Shown: positions 15,286-24,287 of the stretch, piece by piece
How positions within the stretch are numbered: the first letter of the stretch is position 1
How the letters are laid out: each line of letters starts with the position of its first letter
NCBI GenBank assembly: GCA_041641295.1
Contig: JBEPYO010000001.1
Span: forward strand, 791,909 to 823,908
DNA from: Nitrososphaerota archaeon
Lineage (GTDB): Archaea > Thermoproteota > Nitrososphaeria_A > Caldarchaeales > Calditenuaceae
Direction of reading: 5' to 3'
Length of the DNA stretch: 32,000 nucleotides
Program-made: the position numbers and the translations under genes
Notes under the pieces: generated by a model
What the model saw: only the letters and a program-made list of their open reading frames with translations
Database searches by the model: none
What the model was told of the DNA's origin: nothing

Positions 15286-16911
15286 TTAGTCGAATTCAGG
15301 TGTCTCTGACTCCTTCTTACCCTTCTCTTCCTTCTTCTTGGAGGCTGCGACTACGTCGTCTATTCTGAGGATCATTGCGGCTGCCTCGAAGCTGGACTTT
15401 AGCGCCTGTGCCTTGACCTTGTAGGGCTCAATCACTCCGAGGCTTATCATGTCGTCGACCTTCCCGGTGAACACGTTGATTCCATACTTGTAGCCAGCAT
15501 CTACGTGTTTGCTTCTCAGCGAGGACATTATATCGACGGGGTCGAGGCCGGCGTTCTCGGCCAACGTCTTGGGTATCGTCTCTAGTGCGTCGGCGAAGGC
15601 CAGCATGGCGAGCTGCTCCTTTCCAGAATACTTCGAGGCGTTCTCCCTGATGTACTGTGCTAGCTCTGTCTCAACCGCGCCTCCACCTGGGACGAATCTA
15701 TTGTCGTCAACGATCGTTATCATGTTCATTAGCGCGTCGTTTAGTGCCCGCTCAGCCTCGTCCAGCTGACGCTCGAGACCCGCCCTCAAGAGTATTGAGA
15801 CGGCCTTCGGGTTCTTGCACCCCTCCACGAAGACCATCCTATCTTCGCCTATCTTCCTCTCCTCAACAAGCGCGGCCTCACCCAAGTCCTTCGGCGAGAG
15901 GTCCTCGAAGTTAGTCACAATCCTCCCACCCGTAGCCTTCTCGAGCTTCTCCATGTCGCTTCTCTTAACGCGCCTCACAGCCAGTATCCCAGCCTTCGCT
16001 AGGAAGAACTGGGCGGCGTCATCGATGCCCTTCTGACAGAAGACGACATTCGCGCCCACTTGGACTACCTTGTCAACCATCTCCTTCAGAATCCTAGCCT
16101 CCTCGTCGAGGAACTCCTTAATCTTGAGCGGGTCCCTGATCCTGATCTCTGCGGAGAACTCAGTCTTCTCGATCTCGAAGGGTGCATCGATTATAGCGAT
16201 CTTGGCGTTGGTAACGCGCTTGGGCATGCCTGGGTGGACAACCTCCTTATCGATGACGACGCCCTTTATGAGCTGGGACTCGACAATGCTCTTACCCATC
16301 TTCTTCACAATCTGTATGTCATCCTTGTCGGCCCTCCGCTTACCATCATACTCCTTGATGACGCTTAGTACAGCGTCTATCGCTAGATTTGCTACGTGGT
16401 CTGTGCCGAAGCCCAGCGACTTGCTCCCGAGACTGGTGTGGACTATCTTTCTCAGTGTCTCCTTGTCTGTCAGATTGACCTCCGTAGCTATCTCGCCAAG
16501 CCTCTTAAGGGCTAGGTCTAGGGCCTTCTTGTATCCGGCGATGATCGTGCTGGGGTGGATCTTCTGCTCTATTAGCTCCTCGGCCTTAGCGAGCAGTTCC
16601 CCGGCTATGAGAACTGCGCTCGTTGTCCCGTCGCCTACAGACTTGTCCTGAGTCTTCGCTACCTCGATAATCATCTTCGCTGCCGGGTGCTCAACGTCCA
16701 TCTTCTCGAGGATTGTTGCGCCGTCGTTTGTGACTATGACGTCGCCGATTGTGTCGACGAGTATCTTGTCCATCCCCTTGGGGCCTAGTGTCGTCTTAAC
16801 CATCTCTGCGATTATCCTGGCTGCTGTGATGTTGTTTCTCTGGGCTGACCTGCCCCTCGTCCTCGATGTACCCTCCTTAAGGATTAGAACTGGCTGACCA
16901 GCGAGAGCCAT
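15286..16911 (-). CDS. ths: Thermosome subunit (group II chaperonin, CCT/TCP-1 family)
   Basis: [26 protein letters not shown]-like [21 protein letters not shown] and VPGGGAVE motifs are present. The protein is 541 aa with a charged C-terminal tail. Confidence 0.95.
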   Translation of the reverse strand: MALAGQPVLILKEGTSRTRGRSAQRNNITAARIIAEMVKTTLGPKGMDKILVDTIGDVIVTNDGATILEKMDVEHPAAKMIIEVAKTQDKSVGDGTTSAVLIAGELLAKAEELIEQKIHPSTIIAGYKKALDLALKRLGEIATEVNLTDKETLRKIVHTSLGSKSLGFGTDHVANLAIDAVLSVIKEYDGKRRADKDDIQIVKKMGKSIVESQLIKGVVIDKEVVHPGMPKRVTNAKIAIIDAPFEIEKTEFSAEIRIRDPLKIKEFLDEEARILKEMVDKVVQVGANVVFCQKGIDDAAQFFLAKAGILAVRRVKRSDMEKLEKATGGRIVTNFEDLSPKDLGEAALVEERKIGEDRMVFVEGCKNPKAVSILLRAGLERQLDEAERALNDALMNMITIVDDNRFVPGGGAVETELAQYIRENASKYSGKEQLAMLAFADALETIPKTLAENAGLDPVDIMSSLRSKHVDAGYKYGINVFTGKVDDMISLGVIEPYKVKAQALKSSFEAAAMILRIDDVVAASKKKEEKGKKESETPEFD

Positions 16912-16947
16912 AGCTAATACACCAAGCTCTAATGTCTAGCCCCAAGA

Positions 16948-16954
16948 TTTAAAT
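16948..16954 (-). promoter_or_regulatory. TATA-box-like element for thermosome gene
   Basis: TTTAAAT is centred about 40 nt upstream of the ATG at 16911. Confidence 0.35.
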
Positions 16955-17185
16955 CTAAACCCCCATTCAAGAATCTAATAACTGGGCGTGTCCATCTAAC
17001 CGTTAATAGAAAGTAAATACTCGGATTACTACTGCATATATACAGACATGCCCGATCTGTAGAAGGGAGGTTTAAAGTCCAGAGGAATCAGAAGATAGGA
17101 GGCGGTTCCGCAATAATTAAGAAAGAAAAAGGTAAGCTGGCTGAGGGCCACACCGGTCAGGACAGCATCTAAGAACCCCCATGAG

Positions 17186-17262
17186 AGGCCGGCATGTTAA
17201 AGTCTTTGTCATGTATGGTAGCTCTCCACCATACATGTTAAAACATGTATCATACCGGCCTA
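17186..17262. other. Long imperfect inverted repeat (hairpin) spanning the stop codon of 17250..18179
   Basis: The inner perfect stem is CATGTATGGT (17210-17219) paired with ACCATACATG (17228-17237), with an 8-nt loop. The outer stem is AGGCCGG (17186-17192) paired with CCGGCCT (17256-17262). Confidence 0.7.
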
Positions 17263-18179
17263 AGGGTTTTTCCCTGCTGTCCTAGGCCAGCATGATCCTC
17301 AGCCTCTAGCGGGGTTCTCGTCAGCACCGTTTCTCTGATTCTCTTAATAACCTGAACTTGGTCCTTTGCCTTGATCGTGCTCGTGCCCTTTAAGGCTATG
17401 GTCAGTCTTTGCAGGGCCTGCCGCGGTAGCCTATAGTATATTTTCAGCCTCCCCTTAGCTGGTTTGAAGAGCCCTACATAGTTGTTTATTTTTTCGATGC
17501 CGCGGTTGAAGTCGACGTAGGTCAGAAGTTCTGCTAGAGCCTCTCTCGCTAGCAGATGGTTCTCACCAGCGATCTCTAGAGCCTCAACAACTTTATTATA
17601 GGTTGGTATTCGTCTACCAGCCTCCTCGACTATCCTGGCAGCCATAGCCGCCATTTGCCTCTCCGTGCACCTTATGGCCTCCCTCAGGATTTCCCTCTCG
17701 ACACCCTTGTTCAAAGCCCTCATCCCATTCAACAAGCTTTGATGGTTTCTCAGCAGTACTTGGAATGCGCTGATTAGCCTCCGCATCTCGAGGAAGTCCT
17801 CATCAATCTCCCTGAACCATTTCTTCTCTACCCTCATTAAGGCTCTGAGGTCATTCCTAGCAGTCTTAGATAGTCTAAGCTCCTCTCTTTTCTGCCTCAA
17901 CATCGTAAGCCTTCTAAGGTGGTAGACTCGTACGCCCCTTCTCAGCACCTCAACGAACTCGTCTGTGAGTTCTATTGGTATGACATCAACGTAGAGCTCA
18001 TCACCGGCCTCCGCTGGAATATCGGCGATCTTAGAAGCCTTGCCGAAGGCCTCACCGTCAACAATGTATACATGATAGTTCTCCTCAGTCTTATTCTTAC
18101 GCCTTTTATTGGCCAGTCTGTGAACATCGACGTAGAACCTTCTAACAGCTCTTCCGGGAATCTGCATTATTTCCATCAT
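17250..18179 (-). CDS. Hypothetical protein with IS110-family (DEDD transposase + Transposase_20)-like layout, possibly degenerate
   Basis: YVDV..., IPIELTDEF and SKTARNDLRALM resemble the GIDV / EATG / KTDxxDA motifs. ALEIAGENHLLAREALAELLTYVDFNRGIEKINNYVGLFKP resembles LxxIPGIGxxxAxxLxAEIGDxxRFxxxxxLxxYxGLxP. The first D of KTD and the downstream SG serine appear to be missing. The assignment is made by eye from remembered family consensus only. Confidence 0.45.
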   Translation of the reverse strand: MMEIMQIPGRAVRRFYVDVHRLANKRRKNKTEENYHVYIVDGEAFGKASKIADIPAEAGDELYVDVIPIELTDEFVEVLRRGVRVYHLRRLTMLRQKREELRLSKTARNDLRALMRVEKKWFREIDEDFLEMRRLISAFQVLLRNHQSLLNGMRALNKGVEREILREAIRCTERQMAAMAARIVEEAGRRIPTYNKVVEALEIAGENHLLAREALAELLTYVDFNRGIEKINNYVGLFKPAKGRLKIYYRLPRQALQRLTIALKGTSTIKAKDQVQVIKRIRETVLTRTPLEAEDHAGLGQQGKTLRPV

Positions 18180-18364
18180 CTATTCATCTCCCCCGCTATC
18201 AACATAGTAACACACCATGTTGTCAGGAAGTAGTCGAGAAAAGTCTGGTCAAGGGTTAGCTGTATGCCAGCCCAAGCCATACTAGCAGCAGAGTGGGAAT
18301 TGAGGTTATATAGTCTTTTAGACCCCTCAGTGAAAGTAACAACTCCTGTTTCTAGCTTTCGCAA
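18176..18364 (-). CDS. Possible small ORF translationally coupled (ATGA overlap) to 17250..18179
   Basis: A 62-aa ORF with a TTG start. Its stop overlaps the downstream ATG as ATGA. No recognisable motifs were found, so it could be spurious. Confidence 0.25.
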   Translation of the reverse strand: MRKLETGVVTFTEGSKRLYNLNSHSAASMAWAGIQLTLDQTFLDYFLTTWCVTMLIAGEMNR

Positions 18365-18895
18365 TCTTTCTAGACTTCACCATGGCCTTGAGCAGTTAGT
18401 AGTATAAGGGTGATGTCTTAGGTAGAGAGGATACTATCGTTGATAAGGAGTCCAGTATTACAGATGAGAGTGATGTTAAGGGTGTGAGGACGATTAAGAG
18501 GGGCTTGAGGGTGTTTAAGAGGCCCCAGAGCTGAGATATGAGATAACAGCCGAGTAACAGCCAGCATTAAGACGCTCAAACAGTTGTTTAATCGGGACTG
18601 TGATAAGGTTGAGGTGATTATATCCCTAACCGTCTATCGATAAGGCCGGGCATGATGACGGGTTCATAAAAGCATCCATACAGGATACAACGAATACGGG
18701 GACATACTGTATATGCTTATAAAGACTTTATCAGACAAGGTGACTGCAAGGGTAGGCTGTGTAAGCGTCATAGAGCCCAGAAGCCGTATGAGTGGCTCAT
18801 AGAAACAGCGGCTTATTCAGAGATAGGGGAGATGGGTCATATTTTGGCGCCCAGACTACATGATAACAGCTGGTAAGAGCCTTAAATAAAACAAG

Positions 18896-18912
18896 TTTTT
18901 CTTCTGTATTTT
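18896..18912 (+). terminator. Oligo-T tract (TTTTTCTTCTGTATTTT)
   Basis: T5 and T4 runs lie at the end of a roughly 530-nt ORF-free stretch. They could terminate a + strand transcript. Confidence 0.25.
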
Positions 18913-19010
18913 GTCCTTATCTCCCAGTTATTCTCGGCCAGCACCTCCGAGAAGAATTCTCCGCATAACACCTCACCTCTGTCTGTTAGGACGCCCATAG
19001 GAAATTAAAG

Positions 19011-19017
19011 TTTAAAC
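19011..19017 (+). promoter_or_regulatory. TATA-box-like element for endonuclease IV gene
   Basis: TTTAAAC is centred 25-31 nt upstream of the candidate starts TTG 19039 and ATG 19045. Confidence 0.45.
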
Positions 19018-19038
19018 ATTTGCTATTTTCCAGCAACT

Positions 19039-19893
19039 TTGGATATGGTGCTACTGGGTGCTCATGTCTCGATTTCTGGCTCGATTGCGCTTTCGGTAGA
19101 TAGGGCGAGGGAGCTGGGCTGCACGACCTTCCAGATATTCACTAGGAATCCTCGGGGGTGGATTTCTAAGAGGTTGAAGGATGAGGAGATTGAGGAGTTT
19201 GTGCGGAAGAGGAGAGAGGCGGGGTATGAGGTTGTGGTTGCGCACATGCCATATCTCCCCAACATAGCTAGCCCCGAGGCCCTGAGCTGGAGGCGGTCTG
19301 TGAAAAGCCTCGCCGAGGAGCTTCAAAGGTGCGAGATGCTGGGGCTCGACTACCTCGTATGTCATATTGGAAGCCACATGGGTAAGGGTCTTGAGAAGGG
19401 CATCTCACAGGTCGCCAGAGCCGTCAATGAGACAATATCAAAAGTAGAGGCCAAGTGTATGATTCTCTTGGAGAATATGGCTGGCCAGAAGAATAGTGTG
19501 GGGTCCTATTTCCCACAGATAAGAGCTATCCTCGACAAGGTTGATGATGAGAAGCGGGTGGGTGTGTGTCTCGACACCTGCCACCTATACGCCGCCGGCT
19601 ACGACATAGCGGTTGAGGAGGGCCTTGAGAAGACGCTCTCGGATTTCGATGAGAATGTAGGGCTTAAGACGCTTAAGGTCCTACATCTCAACGATTCGCG
19701 GGGGAAGCTTGGAAGCCATCTGGACAGGCATGAGCACATCGGCCGGGGATATATCGGCGAGGAGGGATTCCGCATCATAGTCAACCACAAGAGTCTGAGG
19801 AACCTGCCCATGATCTTGGAGACTCCTCAGGACGAGTATGGCGGATATGAGGTGGACTTGGAGGTGGTTAGGAGGCTGCTACGTCATGCCTAG
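19039..19893 (+). CDS. nfo: Endonuclease IV (AP endonuclease, TIM-barrel, Nfo family)
   Basis: GAHVSISGS, FQIFTRNPRGW, HMPYLPNIASP, CHIGSH, LENMAGQ, CLDTCHLYAAGYD and LHLNDS...HEHIGRGYIG are canonical Nfo metal-binding blocks. Confidence 0.9.
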   Translation: MDMVLLGAHVSISGSIALSVDRARELGCTTFQIFTRNPRGWISKRLKDEEIEEFVRKRREAGYEVVVAHMPYLPNIASPEALSWRRSVKSLAEELQRCEMLGLDYLVCHIGSHMGKGLEKGISQVARAVNETISKVEAKCMILLENMAGQKNSVGSYFPQIRAILDKVDDEKRVGVCLDTCHLYAAGYDIAVEEGLEKTLSDFDENVGLKTLKVLHLNDSRGKLGSHLDRHEHIGRGYIGEEGFRIIVNHKSLRNLPMILETPQDEYGGYEVDLEVVRRLLRHA

Positions 19894-20425
19894 CGGGCTG
19901 CGCAGGACAGTGTATGCAGTTATCAGGATTGGAACCTCTAAGCTGGCCATGAAGTTTGTCCTGGTGGGTGTTGCGTGCCTCGCGCTGGCTGAGGCAATTC
20001 TTTACCTGCTTGTCGATGTTTGGGGGGTTAACTCGCTTGTCGCAGGCGCGGCCTCCATCGAGATCTCAGTGGTAGCCAACTTCATGATCAATGATGCGTG
20101 GACTTTTAGGGAGAATAGGTCCTCGGATGGATTCTTTGCGAGGATGCTGAAGTTCCATGTAACGCGTGTCGCGAGCATTGCGGTGAACTTCGGCATTTAC
20201 AGCATGTTGGTGGCCTTGCTGGGCGTCAACCACTTGGTCGCATACTTTGTAGCGACTTTCGTGGCCTTCTCCATTAACTTTCTGACAAGTGTTGTCTGGG
20301 TCTGGCGCGGCACACTAGATAGCTATACGGGGACGCCTCAGGGGAAGGCCGCCTTCTCAACCAGCAGCACGTCGGACTCGCTGAACCCTAGGACCCTCAG
20401 GCCGCGGAGCATGAGGGCCAAGTAG
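19886..20425 (+). CDS. GtrA-like small membrane protein
   Basis: Four TM segments and the ANFMINDAWTF motif are typical of the GtrA family. The ATG at 19886 overlaps the nfo stop (ATGCCTAG). The C-terminal 30 aa or so are low-complexity and overlap the convergent gene. Confidence 0.7.
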   Translation: MPSGLRRTVYAVIRIGTSKLAMKFVLVGVACLALAEAILYLLVDVWGVNSLVAGAASIEISVVANFMINDAWTFRENRSSDGFFARMLKFHVTRVASIAVNFGIYSMLVALLGVNHLVAYFVATFVAFSINFLTSVVWVWRGTLDSYTGTPQGKAAFSTSSTSDSLNPRTLRPRSMRAK

Positions 20426-20781
20426 GCGCGGGAGGGGGCCACGTGTTTTCTCGGGTTTGCTGAGATGTAGGTGTACGCCTCCTCAGCCCCCGTGTCTGTC
20501 TTGGCGATGATCTTTATGCGGCTCCTGATGTTTGGGGCTCCCTGATACCTGTCGAGGATTGGGAAGTCCTCGCTCTCTATTGTGTAGAGGGCGCCTATGA
20601 CTTGGCTGTTGCTGGACTCCTCTATCCCCGCAATCCCGCCCCTCCAAGCCGCAGAGTATGTGTCGAATGTGAGCCTGTATCCCTCCAGCCTCGCCTTCCT
20701 AGGTCCCTGCCACCTAGACAGTATCCTCCTCATCACCTCTGGGTTTAGTGTTACGTCGTAGGCGAAGTAGTTGACCAGCAT
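20338..20781 (-). CDS. Gamma-glutamylcyclotransferase / AIG2-like family protein
   Basis: MLVNYFAYDVTLNPEVMRRIL...GYRLTFD...ALYTIESEDFPILDRYQG fits the GGCT-like fold pattern (YFAYGSN..., E in the core). The internal ATG at 20781 is preferred over the one at 20832. Confidence 0.65.
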   Translation of the reverse strand: MLVNYFAYDVTLNPEVMRRILSRWQGPRKARLEGYRLTFDTYSAAWRGGIAGIEESSNSQVIGALYTIESEDFPILDRYQGAPNIRSRIKIIAKTDTGAEEAYTYISANPRKHVAPSRAYLALMLRGLRVLGFSESDVLLVEKAAFP

Positions 20782-20837
20782 GCGTGTCCCCTGCCAGGGA
20801 GTGGTGCAGGGTTTTATTTGAGGAGTTTCCACACTGG

Positions 20838-21779
20838 ATGTTTGGTGTGGCTGTAAGGGTTTTTGCGCCTGCGAGGCTCCACATGGGGTTCGCCTCTACG
20901 GGATGGTTGATGGCTCCTTGGTCTGGGATAGGCTTGGCGGTGGTGGAGCCGGCGACGGTTGTCGAGGCCGAGCTTGCGGATGGCCAGGGCGTTAGGGTGT
21001 ATGGGCCAAGGAACGACGAGGCAGGAGAAGTGGCCAGGCTTGTTGCCGGGAGGCTTGGATTGGATGGGGGCGTTATTGTACGTGTTCTCGAGGCGCCTCC
21101 AAGCCATGTGGGTCTGGGGTCTGGGACGCAGCTCTACCTCTCGGTGCTCGAGGCTGTCTCGAGGCTAGCTGGTGTTGAGCCGCCTCTGGAGGTTCTCGTG
21201 GAGGCAGGCCTCGTCGGCTCCTTCTCGTGGGTTGGCGTGGCGGCCTTCAGGACGGGGGGGTTCATCCTCGACCTGGGCGAAGCGGCCTCGAGGATGAGGC
21301 GGTATGTCTCGCTCAGGTTTCCGGAGGACTGGTTTGTGGTTCATGCGAGGCCGCCGGGGAGGCAGGGGCATCCGAGAAGAGGCGAGGCAGAGAAGCTCAG
21401 AGGCCTGAAATATAGCGTGGAGACTGAGCAGAGGCTCGTCGAGCTCCTAATGAAAAAGATACTCCCCGGAGTCTTAGACCACGACCTAGAGCTCTTCGGG
21501 CGCGGCCTCTCCGAGTATCAGAGGCTTGTGGGCTCCGCCTTCAGCACATACCAGCAAGGAGTCTTCAACCCCGACTCTGCACCCATCGTCTCGGCCATGG
21601 AGGAGGCGGGACTGCTGGGGGTTGGCCAGTCCAGCTGGGGGCCGACGGTCTACGGGTTCACTGAGTCGCGGAGGGTGGCTGAGGAGGCGGCTCGGCTCCT
21701 AGCCCAGGAGAGGGGCTGGACCGTAACAGTAACCGTGGCCAACAACTCTGGAGCTAGGGTCGTCGAGAATTCCGCCTAG
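20838..21779 (+). CDS. Beta-ribofuranosylaminobenzene 5'-phosphate (beta-RFAP) synthase-like GHMP-family protein
   Basis: RVFAPARLHMGF and HVGLGSGTQLYLSV (the GHMP phosphate-binding-type motif as found in MJ1427-like enzymes) are present, with the C-terminal block GQSSWGPTVYGF. The ATG at 20838 avoids overlap with the divergent gene. Confidence 0.7.
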   Translation: MFGVAVRVFAPARLHMGFASTGWLMAPWSGIGLAVVEPATVVEAELADGQGVRVYGPRNDEAGEVARLVAGRLGLDGGVIVRVLEAPPSHVGLGSGTQLYLSVLEAVSRLAGVEPPLEVLVEAGLVGSFSWVGVAAFRTGGFILDLGEAASRMRRYVSLRFPEDWFVVHARPPGRQGHPRRGEAEKLRGLKYSVETEQRLVELLMKKILPGVLDHDLELFGRGLSEYQRLVGSAFSTYQQGVFNPDSAPIVSAMEEAGLLGVGQSSWGPTVYGFTESRRVAEEAARLLAQERGWTVTVTVANNSGARVVENSA

Positions 21780-21843
21780 AGACCGGGATAATCCCACCCT
21801 AGCCTCTGTGGGCAATAGGCTTTAAACCGCAGCTGCAGTTTTA

Positions 21844-23640
21844 GTGGCGGGGAGGGGGGCGGGTTTGGACTTCTCGCGCCTAGTCAGCTTCTACGAGAGG
21901 CTCGAGTCCACGACCAAGCGGCTTGAGATGCGGGATATTCTCGTGGAGCTTTTCAGGGAGTGTGACCCGGACGAGGCTGGGAAGATAGCCTATCTCACGC
22001 TCGGCGAACTCTACCCCGCCCACGTGGGCATCGAGCTCGGCATGGCTGAGAAGCTGGCAATAAGGGCGCTGAAGCTCGTGACAGGCGTGGATGAGCAGAG
22101 GATTGAGGAGATGCTTAGGAAGACTGGGGACCTTGGGCTTGTGGCGGAGCAGCTGCTCTCCTCAAGGAAGGCGCAGACCACGCTTAGCCTAGAGGAGCTG
22201 ACAGTGGAGAGGGTCTACAGCCAGCTGGAGAAAATAGCACGGTTCTCGGGTGAGGGTGCGATGGAGATGAAGGTTAAGGCCCTCTCGGGGCTCTTGGCAC
22301 AGGCCTCGCCCAAGGAGGCCAAATACCTCATCAGGCTGGTTACGGGGAAGATGAGGCTCGGGGTCGCCGACATGACTATCATAGACGCACTTGCATCGAT
22401 GAGCGGTGGTGGGAAGGAGGAGATCGAGCGCGCCTACAACCTCTGCTCAGACATAGGGCTGGTCGCCTCGAAGGTGAAGGCTGAGGGCGTTAAGGGCGCG
22501 AGCAGTATTGGCATGAGGCTCGGCGTCCCTGTGAGGCCCATGCTGGCTGAGAGGCTCACATCCGCCGAGGAGATATTGGAGAAGCTAGGCAACAAGGGCT
22601 ACGCAGAGTACAAGTACGATGGGGAGAGGATGCAGATACACAAGATCGACTCTGAGATAGTCATCTTCTCTAGGAGGCAGGAGAACATTACCTCGCAGTT
22701 CCCAGACGTGGTGGAGATGTGTAGGCGTGGAATCAAGGCCCGCACTGCGATAGTCGAGTGTGAGGCTGTAGCCTACGACCCGGACACAGGCGACATGCTC
22801 CCCTTCCAAGAACTGATGCATAGGAGGAGGAAATATGACATCGAGAAGGCGGCCCAGCTCTACCCTGTCAGCCTCTTCTTCTTCGACGCCCTCTACATCG
22901 ACGGCGAGCCACTCATCGACCTGCCACTCATGGAGCGGAGGGAGAGGCTTGCAAGAATACTGGAGCCCTCAGACAACTTCATGCTAACCGAGGGAATCAT
23001 GGTCTCAGACCCTGAGACACTGGACAAGTTCATGCTTAGGGCTGTGGAGGCCGGGTGCGAGGGCGTCATGGTCAAAGACGTCTCACCCAAATCGATCTAC
23101 AGAGCCGGGGCGAGGGGCTGGCTCTGGATAAAATACAAGCGGAGCTATGTCTCGAAGCTCACAGACACGCTTGACTTGGTCGTGGTCGGCGCCTTCTACG
23201 GAAAGGGGAAGAGGAGCGGCCGTATAGGCACGCTACTGATGGCGGCATACGACGACGAGGCCGACGTCTTCAAGACCGTCTGCAAGGTCGGGACAGGATT
23301 CAAGGACGAGGACCTGGAACACCTGACAAGGACCCTCACACCCTTGGCCCTGAGCCAAAAGCCGGCCCGCGTAGAGTCTATAATGGAGCCCGACATTTGG
23401 GTGAGGCCCGAGATGGTGCTCGAGATTGTCGGGGACGAGATCACCCTCAGCCCAATACACACCTGCGGCTGGGGTGTGCTTGCGAAGGACGCCGGCCTCG
23501 CAGTCAGATTCCCCAGGTTCACTGGGAGGTATAGGGATGACAAGTCTCCAGAGGACGCCACGACCGTCAAGGAGATAATAGAAATGTACAAGTCCCAGCT
23601 CAAGACCATAGTTAGTGGAGAGGAGAGTGAGCCTACCTGA
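21844..23640 (+). CDS. lig: ATP-dependent DNA ligase
   Basis: It carries motif I EYKYDGERMQIH, and also EGVMVK, WLWIKYKRSY and LDLVVVGAFYGKGKR. The protein is 598 aa with a GTG start. Confidence 0.95.
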   Translation: MAGRGAGLDFSRLVSFYERLESTTKRLEMRDILVELFRECDPDEAGKIAYLTLGELYPAHVGIELGMAEKLAIRALKLVTGVDEQRIEEMLRKTGDLGLVAEQLLSSRKAQTTLSLEELTVERVYSQLEKIARFSGEGAMEMKVKALSGLLAQASPKEAKYLIRLVTGKMRLGVADMTIIDALASMSGGGKEEIERAYNLCSDIGLVASKVKAEGVKGASSIGMRLGVPVRPMLAERLTSAEEILEKLGNKGYAEYKYDGERMQIHKIDSEIVIFSRRQENITSQFPDVVEMCRRGIKARTAIVECEAVAYDPDTGDMLPFQELMHRRRKYDIEKAAQLYPVSLFFFDALYIDGEPLIDLPLMERRERLARILEPSDNFMLTEGIMVSDPETLDKFMLRAVEAGCEGVMVKDVSPKSIYRAGARGWLWIKYKRSYVSKLTDTLDLVVVGAFYGKGKRSGRIGTLLMAAYDDEADVFKTVCKVGTGFKDEDLEHLTRTLTPLALSQKPARVESIMEPDIWVRPEMVLEIVGDEITLSPIHTCGWGVLAKDAGLAVRFPRFTGRYRDDKSPEDATTVKEIIEMYKSQLKTIVSGEESEPT

Positions 23641-23732
23641 GTAGCGAGGAGCAGCAGGAGAGGACACGGCAGCTAGCCGAGCTTAAGGCATGGATTGAGC
23701 GAAGAATAATCGAGCTAAACCAAGAGCTCGAC

Positions 23733-24203
23733 ATGCTCAAGAGGATGGGAAGCTATGTGGACGAGCTTTTGACAGAGCTGAGCTTCAGGAAGGCGGACAC
23801 GCTGGCCAAGACCCTGGAGCAGCCTTCGCCGACACCCCAGCCGACCCAAGCCGAGAAGCCCATGATACGCTCAATAAGGAGCAGGACAGGAGCCAACCTC
23901 GCGACCGTAAGCTACACAAGGGACGAGGTCAGGTTCCAGCTAAGCCCCGGAGTGGAGCTCAGAGGCGACGATAAGCCCTTCACATCATTCCTCCTCAGAA
24001 AGGTGCTTGACCAGATGGTTGAGGCGGATAGGAGGAGGGCAGAGGCAGGCGAGATCGACCCGGAGAAAGTCCTGAGCTACGAGATAGTCTACGACGGCGA
24101 CAGGGTCAAGGAGATTCTCGTGAGGAATTATAGGGAGGATTCTAGGCTGAGGGAGCTGATAAGCTCGGTCAGATGGACCCTCGAAACCGTATCAGCCAAG
24201 TAG
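23733..24203 (+). CDS. Hypothetical protein (coiled-coil N-terminus)
   Basis: A 156-aa ORF. The reading frame stays open and helical-looking for 34 codons upstream of the ATG (from 23631) without an ATG, GTG or TTG. Confidence 0.6.
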   Translation: MLKRMGSYVDELLTELSFRKADTLAKTLEQPSPTPQPTQAEKPMIRSIRSRTGANLATVSYTRDEVRFQLSPGVELRGDDKPFTSFLLRKVLDQMVEADRRRAEAGEIDPEKVLSYEIVYDGDRVKEILVRNYREDSRLRELISSVRWTLETVSAK

Positions 24204-24287
24204 TATAACACCCTCATAATACCTGCCGCCACCAAGGATAACACTTATCAGAGCCCCACCACATATCGCTGGGTCAGAGCGCGGCAA

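Noticed and set aside
15509-16651. Several + strand ORFs (15509..15769, 15657..15914, 15815..16036, 16060..16368, 16070..16651)
   Set aside because: All are antisense to the unmistakable thermosome gene, and their products are Ser/Leu/Pro-rich low-complexity sequences.
18652-18658. C-box-like ATGATGA suggesting a C/D box sRNA
   Set aside because: No CTGA D or D' box lies at the expected 12-nt guide spacing or within about 70 nt downstream, and no terminal stem is present.
20338-20425. An 88-nt convergent overlap between the GtrA-like and GGCT-like genes as a possible antisense regulatory arrangement
   Set aside because: The overlapping tail of the GtrA-like ORF is low-complexity read-through past the conserved domain. 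The overlap probably reflects a late stop codon rather than a designed feature.
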